32,000 nucleotides of DNA. Origin: an uncultured Planctomycetia bacterium (GTDB lineage: Bacteria; Omnitrophota; Gorgyraeia; Duberdicusellales; 4484-171). Numbering within the stretch: the stretch's first letter is position 1; the number at the start of each line of letters is the position of its first letter. The stretch covers positions 1 through 32,000 of the forward strand of contig CAZHYN010000006.1 in assembly GCA_964536865.1 (NCBI GenBank). The letters run 5' to 3'. Positions 22,896 to 32,000 of this stretch are shown here, piece by piece. The notes beneath the pieces are model-generated. The model ran no database searches. It was not told the origin of the DNA and saw only the letters and a program-made list of their open reading frames with translations. A program made the translations under genes and the position numbers.

Positions 22896-24234
22896 ATTTA
22901 CGCTTTTAAAATTAACCAGGATATTAAAACCCAAGAGAGTATTAAATAAAAGATTTTTTAAACAACCAACAGGATTTTCCATAGACTCACGCACCCTTAA
23001 GAAGGGGGAAGCTTTTATTGCTATTAAAGGGAAGTACTTTGATGGACACCAATTTATCGATGAAGCTATCCATAAAGGAGCAGTTCTGATAGTAAGTGAG
23101 AATGGAAAAGAAAAGAAAAAAGAGAGAGTTTGTAGTTTTGTAGTTGAAAATACCATTTCCAGTTTAGAGAGAGTAAGTAAGTATATAAGGGAGAGAGCAT
23201 CGCCTAAAAAAGTGATAGCTATTACAGGTTCTGTAGGGAAGACTACTACTAAGGAGATGCTTTTCTATCTTTTAAGGGAAAAATTTTCTGTCCTATGTAA
23301 TAAGAAATCAGAAAATAATCTTCTGGGAGTATGCAAAACTCTCCTTAATCTTAAAGGAGAGGAGATACTCATTTTAGAACTCGGGACAAATTCTCCTGGA
23401 GAGATAAAAAGATTAACTGATCTTTGCCGTCCTCATATGGGAGTAATCACTTTTATAAAGTCTGTGCATCTAGAGGGGTTATCTTCTCTTAAAGGAGTGT
23501 TAGAGGAGAAAATAGCAGTTATAGCTAAAAACGCCGATACTATTGGCATACTTAACAGGGATGATTACCTTCTGCGGAGAGTAAACTTAGCTAATAGGAT
23601 ATTCTGGTTTGGTAGAAGTAGAGAGGCACATATTTATGCTAAACTTTTAGAGAAAAATGAGAGAGAAAGTATATTTTCCATAAATGGTAGATATCTTCTT
23701 CGTCTTAAAACCTTTGCTTCCTTTTTTATCTACAATACGCTAGCTTCTCTCTTGGTAGCTGTCCTTTTAGGTTTAGATCTAAAAGAATGTATAGAGAGAA
23801 TGAGTGAGTTTGAAGGCTTTCCTCCCATGCGTATGGAAAAAATAATAAAGAGAGGATTGTTATTTATAAATGATGCTTACAATTCTAATCCTTTTTCTCT
23901 AAGAGAGTCGATAAGGACATTAAGTGTTTATTCTCTCCCCAAGGTTGCTGTGATAGCGGATATGTTAGAGTTAGGGAGGAGAGTTTATCACTATCATAGA
24001 AGTTTAGGGCATCTCTTAATCTCTGCTGGTTTTGATTATATAATAACTTTTGGTAAGCATGTTTACTTTCTGAAGGAAATGTTAGAGAAACTGGGTCATC
24101 CCCGAGTAATTCATTTAGATTCTCATGAGAAAATTGCTTCCTTTTTAAGGAAGCTAACTAAAAACAAAAAGTACCTTATTTTTTTAAAAGGTTCTCGAAA
24201 TATGAAGTTAGAGGAAGTTATTAGAAAGTTTTAA
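22888..24234 (+). CDS. murF: UDP-N-acetylmuramoyl-tripeptide--D-alanyl-D-alanine ligase MurF
   Basis: DSR.L..G..F.A.KG pattern (SIDSRTLKKGEAFIAIKG), P-loop ITGSVGKTTTKEM, and NDAYNSNP. ATG 22888 gives an ATGAGTGA overlap with the murE stop. Confidence 0.9.
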   Translation: MSEFTLLKLTRILKPKRVLNKRFFKQPTGFSIDSRTLKKGEAFIAIKGKYFDGHQFIDEAIHKGAVLIVSENGKEKKKERVCSFVVENTISSLERVSKYIRERASPKKVIAITGSVGKTTTKEMLFYLLREKFSVLCNKKSENNLLGVCKTLLNLKGEEILILELGTNSPGEIKRLTDLCRPHMGVITFIKSVHLEGLSSLKGVLEEKIAVIAKNADTIGILNRDDYLLRRVNLANRIFWFGRSREAHIYAKLLEKNERESIFSINGRYLLRLKTFASFFIYNTLASLLVAVLLGLDLKECIERMSEFEGFPPMRMEKIIKRGLLFINDAYNSNPFSLRESIRTLSVYSLPKVAVIADMLELGRRVYHYHRSLGHLLISAGFDYIITFGKHVYFLKEMLEKLGHPRVIHLDSHEKIASFLRKLTKNKKYLIFLKGSRNMKLEEVIRKF

Positions 24235-24235
24235 T

Positions 24236-25324
24236 ATGCTTTATCATTTTCTTTACCCTCTTAGCAAGTATTCCATTGTTTTCAATGTACTAAAGTACAT
24301 TACCTTCCGAAGTGGATGTGCTTTTGTTACTTCCTTCTTACTTACATTCATTTTATGGAAGCAGTTTAAGAAAATGAAATTCTTTGATAAGTTTGGCTTC
24401 TATGAAAAGATAGATATGTATGGTCACCCTCACTTGGAGAGTCTTTATAAGGATAAGAAGGGAACACCTACTATGGGGGGGTTAATAATTATTATCTCCG
24501 TAATTACCTCTGTTTTTATTTGGATGAGATGGAATATAAGTTTGAGTTGGTATACTCTTATAGTTATGCTTTTTTTAGCAGGGGTAGGGTTTAGAGATGA
24601 TTTACTTAAAATAAAAAAGGGGAAAGGGTTATCTAGAGGGGTAAAACTTGCTTCTCAAGTATTCATTGGTATAGTTGTCGGTTTGATTATCTACATTCGC
24701 AAAGATATTTCTACCAGGATCGATTTACCTTTCTTTAAGAAGATAGTTATAGATTTAGGCTATTTTTATATCTTTTGGGCTAGTTTAATAATTGTAGCTA
24801 CCTCCAACGCAGTAAATTTTACTGATGGCTTAGATGGTTTGGCTATAGGAGGAATAATTTCTTCTTCTTTAATATTTGCAATTCTCTGTTATGTCTGCGG
24901 GAATATAAAGTTTTCCCATTACCTTTTTATTCCTTATATAAAGAATGCAGGTGAGCTTACAATACTGTGTGCTTCTATTCTTGGCGCTAGTTTAGGATTC
25001 CTTTGGTATAACTGTTATCCTGCAGAGGTTTTCATGGGGGATACTGGAGCCCTCTCCTTAGGGGGTCTCTTAGGAGCGGTTGCTCTTTTTATAAAGAAGG
25101 AATTTCTTCTTATTATCTGTGGTGGAGTATTTGTGGTGGAAGCTCTTAGTGTAGTGTTGCAAATTGCTTCAGTCAAACTTAGAGGTAAGAAAATGTTTAG
25201 AGCTGCCCCTCTTCATCACCACTTTCAGATAAGAGGAATTCCTGAAGCAAAGATAATTGTGAGATTTTGGATTATCTATGCTATCCTTGCGGTAGTAGCC
25301 CTTCTTACGTTAAAACTCAGATGA
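24236..25324 (+). CDS. mraY: Phospho-N-acetylmuramoyl-pentapeptide transferase MraY
   Basis: Polytopic membrane protein with KKGTPTMGG, NAVNFTDGLDGLA, MGDTGALSLGG and APLHHHF. Confidence 0.97.
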   Translation: MLYHFLYPLSKYSIVFNVLKYITFRSGCAFVTSFLLTFILWKQFKKMKFFDKFGFYEKIDMYGHPHLESLYKDKKGTPTMGGLIIIISVITSVFIWMRWNISLSWYTLIVMLFLAGVGFRDDLLKIKKGKGLSRGVKLASQVFIGIVVGLIIYIRKDISTRIDLPFFKKIVIDLGYFYIFWASLIIVATSNAVNFTDGLDGLAIGGIISSSLIFAILCYVCGNIKFSHYLFIPYIKNAGELTILCASILGASLGFLWYNCYPAEVFMGDTGALSLGGLLGAVALFIKKEFLLIICGGVFVVEALSVVLQIASVKLRGKKMFRAAPLHHHFQIRGIPEAKIIVRFWIIYAILAVVALLTLKLR

Positions 25325-26583
25325 AAATAGATAAATTCACTACTGTATGTGTGGTGGGATTTAAAAAAAGTGGGATTTCTCTATGTAGATTTTTTCTCTC
25401 TTTGGGCAAGAGGGTAAAGGTTAGTGAAATTTCTCCTTATAAGTGTATTTACCCTACTTATAGATTAACTATTGATCAACTTAAAAAAAGAGGAGTAGAG
25501 TTTGAATTTGGTGCTCATACCAAGAGTTTTTTAAAGGGGGTTGATCTTATTGCGTTAAGTCCGGGGGTAGATACAGCTAACTCTTGTATCTGTAAAATAG
25601 CTAAAGAGTTAAATATTTTAACCGTGGGAGAACTAGAGGTGGCTAGTTGGCTTAACAAAGCCAAGATTATTGCTATTACCGGTACTAATGGGAAAAGTAC
25701 CACAGCTTTTCTTGTTTATCTTCTTCTTAAGAGAAAGGGGATGCGTTGTCATTTAGCAGGAAATATAGGTATTCCCTTCTCTTCAATAGCCTTAAAAACA
25801 AAGGAAGAAGACTTAGTGGTTTTAGAGGTAAGCTCCTACCAATTAGAAAGTATTATAGAATTCAGACCATTCATCTCTTGTCTCATTAATCTTGAGCCTG
25901 ATCATTTAGATAGGTACAAAGAGTTTGCCTGCTATCGAAGAGCTAAGTTGAATATATTTAAAAACCAAGGAAAGAGTGATTATGCTGTTGTTAACAAACG
26001 TATATTTTTAAAAGATATACTCCCTACCATCCAAGCTAAACTGGTGTACTTTGATAAGGAGTTTAAAAATGAAAATTATTCCGCTGCTTATACTATCGTT
26101 TCTCTTCTGGGCATAGATAAGGCCTTCTGTAAGAGCCTTTTTTCTTCTTTCAGAGGTTTGCCTCACCGAATGCAGTTGGTGGGGGAAGTTAACGGTATAA
26201 CTTTTATTAATGATTCTAAAGCTACCAATCCTTCTTCTACTGCTTATGCTCTAAGCGTAATTAAAAAGCCAGTTATCTTAATCGCTGGAGGTAGAGATAA
26301 AGGGATGGATTATTCAATAATTAAGCCCTTTTTAAAAAGAGTAAAGAAGATTAATCTCTTTGGGGAAGCTAAAGATAAGCTAAAGGAGTCTCTAGAGTTT
26401 TATCCTTATATGGAGACTTTTTCAAATTTGAGGGAAGCTATTATTGCTTCTTTTAAGGAAGCCAGAGAGGGAGATGTGATCCTTTTTTCTCCTATGTGCT
26501 CTAGCTTTGATGCATTTTCCAGTTACATTGAAAGAGGTCATTTTTTTATTGCTACAGTTAAGCAGTTAGGTGAGCAAAATTAA
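25321..26583 (+). CDS. murD: UDP-N-acetylmuramoylalanine--D-glutamate ligase MurD
   Basis: ATG 25321 (ATGA overlap with mraY). Rossmann N-terminus VVGFKKSGISL, P-loop ITGTNGKSTT, and NDSKATN. Confidence 0.93.
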   Translation: MKIDKFTTVCVVGFKKSGISLCRFFLSLGKRVKVSEISPYKCIYPTYRLTIDQLKKRGVEFEFGAHTKSFLKGVDLIALSPGVDTANSCICKIAKELNILTVGELEVASWLNKAKIIAITGTNGKSTTAFLVYLLLKRKGMRCHLAGNIGIPFSSIALKTKEEDLVVLEVSSYQLESIIEFRPFISCLINLEPDHLDRYKEFACYRRAKLNIFKNQGKSDYAVVNKRIFLKDILPTIQAKLVYFDKEFKNENYSAAYTIVSLLGIDKAFCKSLFSSFRGLPHRMQLVGEVNGITFINDSKATNPSSTAYALSVIKKPVILIAGGRDKGMDYSIIKPFLKRVKKINLFGEAKDKLKESLEFYPYMETFSNLREAIIASFKEAREGDVILFSPMCSSFDAFSSYIERGHFFIATVKQLGEQN

Positions 26584-27679
26584 TAGAGAAAGAAGGATAA
26601 TCTTTTTATTAGCTTTCACTTTTACTCTTTTGGGTCTACTGATGGTTTATGAGGCTTCTTCTATCTACGCCTGGAAAACTAAGCATGATTACGGTTATTT
26701 TTTTAAGAAACAGCTTATCTTTTTCATCTTAAGTATTCCTATATTTGTAGGGATGTTAAGCATAGATTTAGGAAGTATAAAAAAGCACGCCTTCCTTCTT
26801 CTTCTTTTTAATATTTTTCTTCTTGTATTGGTATTAATATTAGGAAGAAAAATAGGAGGAGCAAAACGATGGCTTAGTATTGGAGGGATAAATCTTCAAC
26901 CATCCGAACTTTTAAAAGTGACATATCTAGTATGGAGTATAGATTACTTAGAACGTAAAGGAGCACTTATAAGAAATCTTAAGGAAGGAATTTTTCCTCT
27001 TTTTTTAGTAACAGGCATAGTGTTCTTTCTTGTTCTTTTGGAGCCAGATTTGGGCACTCCCTTATTTTGGACTCTATGGCTTTATCTTATGCTTTTTATC
27101 TTTAGGGCAAAGAAAAGGCACCTTCTTTTTTTTCTTCTTTTAGGAATAATCCTGGCAGGGATACTTATAAAAGTCTATCCTTATCGTTTTCATCGTATCA
27201 TTGCTTACTTAAGCCCTTGGGAAGATCCCAAAGGAAGTGGATTTCAGCTGATTCAGTCCCAGATTGCTTACGGTAGAGGAGGGATTTTAGGGGTAGGTTT
27301 AGGCGAAAGTAGACAAAAACTACTCTTTTTGCCAGCCGCACATACAGATTTTATATTTTCTATTATTGCTGAAGAGTTTGGCTTTGTAGGTAGCAGTTTA
27401 ATTTTAACTATGTTCTTCGTTTTTATCTTTAAAGTTTTCAAGTTAGGATTTTTTACTCACCAAACTTTTAGGAGAAATCTCTGTTTTGGTATAGGTTTAA
27501 TTTTAGCTTTAGAAATATTGATAAATGTAGGAGTAAGTTGTGGCTTATTTCCTACTAAAGGACTACCTCTCCCCTTTATAAGTTATGGAGGTACTAGTTT
27601 AGTTATTCACTATGCTCTATTAGGGCTTCTATTCAACGCATCCAGGGAGGTAGGTAACTCTGCTGAGAGGGGAGTTTAA
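26570..27679 (+). CDS. ftsW: SEDS-family peptidoglycan glycosyltransferase FtsW
   Basis: GTG start. About 10 TM segments. Motifs GAKRW, QPSE, EPDLGT, PAAHTDFIFS and PFISYGGTS. It has the dcw position between murD and murG. Confidence 0.9.
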   Translation: MSKINRERRIIFLLAFTFTLLGLLMVYEASSIYAWKTKHDYGYFFKKQLIFFILSIPIFVGMLSIDLGSIKKHAFLLLLFNIFLLVLVLILGRKIGGAKRWLSIGGINLQPSELLKVTYLVWSIDYLERKGALIRNLKEGIFPLFLVTGIVFFLVLLEPDLGTPLFWTLWLYLMLFIFRAKKRHLLFFLLLGIILAGILIKVYPYRFHRIIAYLSPWEDPKGSGFQLIQSQIAYGRGGILGVGLGESRQKLLFLPAAHTDFIFSIIAEEFGFVGSSLILTMFFVFIFKVFKLGFFTHQTFRRNLCFGIGLILALEILINVGVSCGLFPTKGLPLPFISYGGTSLVIHYALLGLLFNASREVGNSAERGV

Positions 27680-27688
27680 AGTTTAGTA

Positions 27689-28759
27689 ATGAGGATTCTT
27701 TTAGTAGCGGACAGGAGTGCTGGACATATATATCCTGCTTGGATACTAGCAAAAGCTTTTAAGGAGAATAATAAGGTTTATATTTTTTTGACTTCTAATT
27801 ATTTTAAAAATTGGTTAAGAAAGGAAGGGTTTTTGGTTCTAGGAAGGGAGTTGCCTTTCAGGAATATAGTCTTGGAGATGGCTTATCGAGTTATTGAAGG
27901 ATTAGTAGTGTTTTTAAAAACCAGACCACAGAGAGTTATTGGTTTTGGGGGGAGAGCTACCATTTTTCTTATTATTCTCTCTAGCTTCTTTTCTTGTACC
28001 GCTATCTATGAGCCCAATTCTACTATTGGTAAGGCGAACAGCGTCTTAGGATTTTTTGTAAAGAAGATTTATTGGGGGTTTAATCCTTGGGAAATTTCTA
28101 AAATGATAGAAAGGAAAACTATAAAAGTAGGGATTCCTATACGTTCCTGCTGTAAAAGATGGAGTAAGGAGGAAGCAAGAAAAATATTAGGCCTTCATCC
28201 TTGGAAACCTGTGGTATTCTGTTTTGGAGGTAGTCAAGGTTCTAGATTCATTAATAATGTGTTTAAGAGATTGTTGGAAGAAAGCAAAATAGATTTTCAA
28301 GTAATTCATCTAACTGGGCAGAGAGATTACTCCTATTTTAAAGATTTTTATGGTAAAATATTTAAAAAAAATTACTTAGTAAAAGATTTTTCTTGGGAGG
28401 TAGGATTGTTTTATTCTGCAAGTGATATTTTAATATCTCGAGCAGGAGCCTTGACCTGTGCGGAAGTTTCCTACTATAAAATTCTCCCTCTCTTTATACC
28501 CTATCCTCAATCTTCTCAGCACCAAGAGAAAAATGCTCTTTATTTTGTTCAACACAGAGCAGGATACTCATTTTCACAAAGAAATTTTTCTTTTCAAAAT
28601 TTTAAGGTGGCTTTTGAGAAGATTTTAACTGATTCTCTATTACAGAAGAGGGTAAAAGAAAGGTTAGGGGCTCTTAATTTATGGGTGGATGAAAGTGAAT
28701 TCTGTAATAAATTTTTGCCTTTTGTTGCTAATATCCAAGAGCCTTGCTCAAACTCATGA
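27689..28759 (+). CDS. murG: Undecaprenyldiphospho-muramoylpentapeptide beta-N-acetylglucosaminyltransferase MurG
   Basis: GT28 fold. C-domain motifs FGGSQGS, ISRAGALTCAE and HQEKNA are present. The N-terminal G-loop is divergent (ADRSAGHIYP instead of GGTGGH.FP). It has the canonical dcw position. Confidence 0.88.
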   Translation: MRILLVADRSAGHIYPAWILAKAFKENNKVYIFLTSNYFKNWLRKEGFLVLGRELPFRNIVLEMAYRVIEGLVVFLKTRPQRVIGFGGRATIFLIILSSFFSCTAIYEPNSTIGKANSVLGFFVKKIYWGFNPWEISKMIERKTIKVGIPIRSCCKRWSKEEARKILGLHPWKPVVFCFGGSQGSRFINNVFKRLLEESKIDFQVIHLTGQRDYSYFKDFYGKIFKKNYLVKDFSWEVGLFYSASDILISRAGALTCAEVSYYKILPLFIPYPQSSQHQEKNALYFVQHRAGYSFSQRNFSFQNFKVAFEKILTDSLLQKRVKERLGALNLWVDESEFCNKFLPFVANIQEPCSNS

Positions 28760-28799
28760 TTTAAGTGTATTAAAATGACTATCAAGATTTTAAACGGTT

Positions 28800-30188
28800 A
28801 TGGAAGAGATTCTATCTAGAATAAGGAAAATTCATCTTATAGGTGTTGGAGGCACAGGGATGAGTGGCTTGGCTATGCTTCTCAAAGATAAGGGTTACTT
28901 AGTTAGTGGTTCGGATGTTAAAGAAAGTTTCTACTTTAGAAAAGTAAAAGAAGCAGGAATAGAGGTTTTTTTGGGGCATAGTGAGAGAAATCTGGAGGGG
29001 GTAGAACTTGTATGTTACTCTTCAGCAATAAGAGAGGATAATATTGAGATTATGACTGCCAAGAAGAGAGGAATTCCTTTAGTGAAGAGAGGTAAGCTAT
29101 TGGGAGAGATCTCTAAGGATAAGAAGGTTATTGCGGTAAGTGGAAGTCATGGTAAAACTACCACCAGCGCACTTCTAACTCATCTTCTTAATTTTCTAGG
29201 GTATCAACCTTCTACTTTCATAGGAGCTCAGCCCATTGGTTATTTTAAATCTTCCTGGTGGGGGAAAGATTATTTTGTAATTGAAGTTGATGAGAGTGAT
29301 GGTACAATTCTTAACTACTATCCGTGGATAGCTATAATTACCAATATCGATAATGAACATATTGATTTTTATGGAGATAGAAAAAATTTAGATAAAGCAT
29401 TTAGAGAATTCGCTTATCGTACTAAAGAATTAGTTATAGGATGGGCAGACTTTGATCCGCTAAAGTCTATCCTCCAAGGAGTAAATTCTTTGAAGTATGG
29501 CTACACCAAGGGGGTTGATTTATTTGCAAAAGAGATAAATTTTGATGGAAGATTTACCTCTTTTAGTCTAACTATTAAAGATAAAAATTACTCAAAGGTA
29601 AAGATTCCTCTCATAGGTGAACACAATGTTTTAAATGCCTTAGCAGTAATAGCTTTCTTTTACTATTTAGGAGAAGATATGGAGAAGGTTTTCTCTGCTT
29701 TCCTTTCTTTTAAAGGGACGAAAAGGAGGTTTGAAATTAAGAATAGAGTAGAAGGGATAACTTTCTTAGAAGATTATGCTCACCACCCTACAGAGGTTAA
29801 AGCTACTATAAAGAGTGCCAAGCTTCTTAAACCTGAAAGATTGGTGGTGATTTTCCAGCCTCATCGTTACTCTCGCTTATCTTATCTTTATCAGGAGTTT
29901 GCTCAATCCTTTTCTTTGTGTGATGTTTTAATTCTTACAGATATTTACTCTGCAGGAGAAATAAAACCACCGGATTTTGATGATGAAATTTTATGGAAAG
30001 AAATTAAACAAAATTTCAGTAAAGAATGTTTTTATTTTCCTAAAGCTCACTTGGTAGAGGAAGTATTAGCTCTCTTAAAGGAGGGAGATTTAGTTTTGGC
30101 TTTGGGGGCAGGAGATATAAATATTTTATTCAATGATATTATCGAAGAGTTTAAAAGGAATAAGGCTAAAGTATTACCCTCTCAATAA
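28800..30188 (+). CDS. murC: UDP-N-acetylmuramate--L-alanine ligase MurC
   Basis: IHLIGVGGTGMSGLA, P-loop SGSHGKTTT, DYAHHPTE, QPHRYSR. Confidence 0.95.
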   Translation: MEEILSRIRKIHLIGVGGTGMSGLAMLLKDKGYLVSGSDVKESFYFRKVKEAGIEVFLGHSERNLEGVELVCYSSAIREDNIEIMTAKKRGIPLVKRGKLLGEISKDKKVIAVSGSHGKTTTSALLTHLLNFLGYQPSTFIGAQPIGYFKSSWWGKDYFVIEVDESDGTILNYYPWIAIITNIDNEHIDFYGDRKNLDKAFREFAYRTKELVIGWADFDPLKSILQGVNSLKYGYTKGVDLFAKEINFDGRFTSFSLTIKDKNYSKVKIPLIGEHNVLNALAVIAFFYYLGEDMEKVFSAFLSFKGTKRRFEIKNRVEGITFLEDYAHHPTEVKATIKSAKLLKPERLVVIFQPHRYSRLSYLYQEFAQSFSLCDVLILTDIYSAGEIKPPDFDDEILWKEIKQNFSKECFYFPKAHLVEEVLALLKEGDLVLALGAGDINILFNDIIEEFKRNKAKVLPSQ

Positions 30189-31014
30189 ACTATCCTTTTT
30201 TAAAGTAGGAGGAAGGGCAAAGAATTTTTTCCTCCCCTCCCAGAAAGAAGATTTAATTCTTTTACTTAGAGAGTTAAATAAACAAAATATCCCCTGTTAT
30301 GTTTTAGGGGAAGGCTCTAACGTTCTGATAAACGATGAGGGAATTATTAACTCGGTAGTAGTAAAGTTAGGGAAGGGATTCTTCTTTATAAACCGAATCG
30401 ATAGTCTGACTTTAGAGGTAGGGACAGCTACTCTCTTTAGAGATTTGTTAGATTACTGTGTAAAAAATAATCTGGGAGGGTTGGAAACATTCGCTGGTAT
30501 TCCTGCTACTGTGGGAGGAATGTGTGTAATGAATGCTTCTAGTTTTGGGAGGGAATTTTTCTCTTTCGTGGAAGAAGTAGAGGCAGTCTCTTTTCAAGGA
30601 GAAGTAATGATTTTGAAGAAACATGAAATTAACTACGGATACAGGTATACCTCTCTTAGAGATTATATAGTTACCAAAGTGAAGCTGGTTTTAGAGAAAG
30701 GAAAGTCACTCAAAGAGAGGGTAAAAGATTTCTTGAGAGAAAGAACAGAAAAGCAGGATCTTTCCTATCCTAGCTTAGGATGTGTATTTAAGAATCCTCC
30801 TGGGATGTGGGCAGGGAAGCTTATCCAAGAGTGCGGGCTTAAAGGATTTGGTATTGGTTCTATCTTTGTGTCAGCTAAGCATGCAAATTTTATTTTAAAT
30901 AAAGGGAGGGGTTCCTTCAGAGATGCTTTATCTGTGATAGAGAGAATAAAAAGAGAGGTTTATCAAAGATTCTCTGTAAAGTTAGAGGAAGAGATTGTAA
31001 TATGGGAGAGTTGA
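30133..31014 (+). CDS. murB: UDP-N-acetylenolpyruvoylglucosamine reductase MurB (short, type II-like)
   Basis: FAD-binding domain (FKVGGRAK, LGEGSNVL, AGIPATVGG), YGYRYTS, PSLGCVFKNP, and C-terminal LEEEI. It overlaps murC by 56 nt; no later start precedes the conserved PLNKLSFFKVGG. Confidence 0.9.
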   Translation: MILSKSLKGIRLKYYPLNKLSFFKVGGRAKNFFLPSQKEDLILLLRELNKQNIPCYVLGEGSNVLINDEGIINSVVVKLGKGFFFINRIDSLTLEVGTATLFRDLLDYCVKNNLGGLETFAGIPATVGGMCVMNASSFGREFFSFVEEVEAVSFQGEVMILKKHEINYGYRYTSLRDYIVTKVKLVLEKGKSLKERVKDFLRERTEKQDLSYPSLGCVFKNPPGMWAGKLIQECGLKGFGIGSIFVSAKHANFILNKGRGSFRDALSVIERIKREVYQRFSVKLEEEIVIWES

Positions 31015-31949
31015 ATTTAAAAGAGATTTGTGTAGGAGTGCTCCAAGGAGGAATTTCTGAAGAGAGAGATATATCTCTTTTGTCGGGAGAACAGGTTTAT
31101 CTTTCTTTAGAGAGACAGAAGATAAATGCCAAACCTATAGATATTTTTACTACCGATGAAAAAATAATTAGGAAGATAATCTATGAAGCAGAGATAGAAG
31201 TTGCTTTTATAGCTCTTCATGGAAGGTTTGGGGAAGATGGAGGGATACAGAGTATTTTAGAGAGAATGGATTTGCCTTACACAGGTTCAAAACCGTTAGC
31301 AAGTTATTTAGCTATGAACAAAATTGCTGCCAAGAAAAGATTTAAGAAAATAGGTGTTCCTACACCAGAGTTTTTAGTTATTAAAAGAGGGGATAGGGTA
31401 AACAAAAGTTTTAGTTTCCCCCAGGTTGTAAAACCTTACTTTAGTGGTTCTAGTCTGGGAGTTTCTATTGTCTACAATAAGTATCAGCTCAACCACGCCC
31501 TTGATAAGGCATTTTCCTTGGGAGAGAGGGTAATTTTAGAGAGTTATATCGAGGGAAGAGAATTTACCGTAGGGATACTAGAGGAAGAACCTTTGGGAGT
31601 AGTGGAAATTGTTTCCCAAAGTAGGTACTTTGACTTTACTACTAAGTACAGTGATAATTTAGCAGAATTTCTTGCCCCTGCCCCTTTAGATAAAGGAGTT
31701 TACTCTTGCATTCAGAGAGTAGCTTTAGAGGCACATAAAGCTTTAGGTTGTGAACACTTCTCCCGTGTAGATATAAGATTAAGCAGGGATAATACTCCTT
31801 TCGTTCTTGAGGTAAATTCTATTCCGGGGCTTACTCTCCACAGTTTGCTTCCCCTTTCAGCAAGATGTTATGGTATAGACTTTGACAGTTTGATAAAAAA
31901 AATGATAGTTTTAGCATTAGAGAGAGGAAGGGTAAAGGTTAATCAGTAG
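31002..31949 (+). CDS. ddl: D-alanine--D-alanine ligase
   Basis: VLQGGISEERDISLLSG, ALHGRFGEDGGIQ, ATP-grasp core VVKP...GSSLGVS, and EVNSIPG. Confidence 0.93.
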   Translation: MGELNLKEICVGVLQGGISEERDISLLSGEQVYLSLERQKINAKPIDIFTTDEKIIRKIIYEAEIEVAFIALHGRFGEDGGIQSILERMDLPYTGSKPLASYLAMNKIAAKKRFKKIGVPTPEFLVIKRGDRVNKSFSFPQVVKPYFSGSSLGVSIVYNKYQLNHALDKAFSLGERVILESYIEGREFTVGILEEEPLGVVEIVSQSRYFDFTTKYSDNLAEFLAPAPLDKGVYSCIQRVALEAHKALGCEHFSRVDIRLSRDNTPFVLEVNSIPGLTLHSLLPLSARCYGIDFDSLIKKMIVLALERGRVKVNQ

Positions 31950-32000
31950 ATGAAGAAAAGAAGGAGAGAGATTTCTAAAAGATTTCTTTCTAAAAAAGTA
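31950..32000 (+). CDS. Start of the next ORF (MKKRRREISKRFLSKKV...), probably ftsQ by position. Truncated by the window edge.
   Basis: ATG 31950 immediately follows the ddl stop (TAGATG). The basic N-terminus is as expected before the FtsQ TM segment. Only 17 codons are visible, so the assignment is by synteny alone. Confidence 0.3.
   Translation, partial: MKKRRREISKRFLSKKV

Noticed and set aside
1-32000. Search for CRISPR arrays, transposases/IS ends, toxin-antitoxin pairs, restriction-modification or other defence-type modules, or a cryptic novel multi-gene system
   Set aside because: No repeat-spacer periodicity, no inverted terminal repeats and no small paired ORFs were seen. Every ORF above ~90 aa except one (11410-11958) is assignable to a housekeeping family in conserved synteny. 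I do not want to over-interpret an ordinary core region.

Overview
This is an AT-rich (roughly one-third G+C by eye), very compact bacterial core-chromosome segment. Every gene I can support lies on the + strand. In order the window holds: a GC-rich structured RNA cut by the left edge (possibly the 3' part of RNase P RNA), then tRNA-Ala(CGC) and a fused Memo-like/AMMECR1 protein. Next come rsmE, an MtaB/MiaB-type methylthiotransferase, and a 22-codon relic of an S4-domain pseudouridine synthase. These are followed by gmhB, a GT28/MGDG-synthase-like glycosyltransferase, a PriA homolog with degenerate helicase motifs, fmt, acylphosphatase, a metallophosphoesterase and ligA. After these come an orphan lipoprotein-like ORF, an MBL-fold hydrolase, xerD-like recombinase and the CCA-adding enzyme. 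A DUF503-rbfA-nrnA-truB-ribF block follows. The window ends with a complete canonical dcw cluster (mraZ-rsmH-ftsL-ftsI-murE-murF-mraY-murD-ftsW-murG-murC-murB-ddl, plus the first codons of a probable ftsQ). I see no CRISPR array, transposase, phage, toxin-antitoxin or defence-like module, and no convincing novel multi-gene system; this is an ordinary housekeeping region. The items most worth a second look are listed here:
- The PriA homolog, which looks ATPase-dead.
- The membrane-anchored Memo-AMMECR1 fusion, which has no adjacent radical-SAM partner.
- The pseudouridine-synthase gene stub.
- A triple, 10-bp-phased AAAGTGGA operator between the dcw promoter and mraZ.
- A near-consensus promoter placed so that the DUF503/rbfA operon would be leaderless.
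- A Cys at the catalytic Ser position of MurB.
- The unclassified structured RNA at the left edge.
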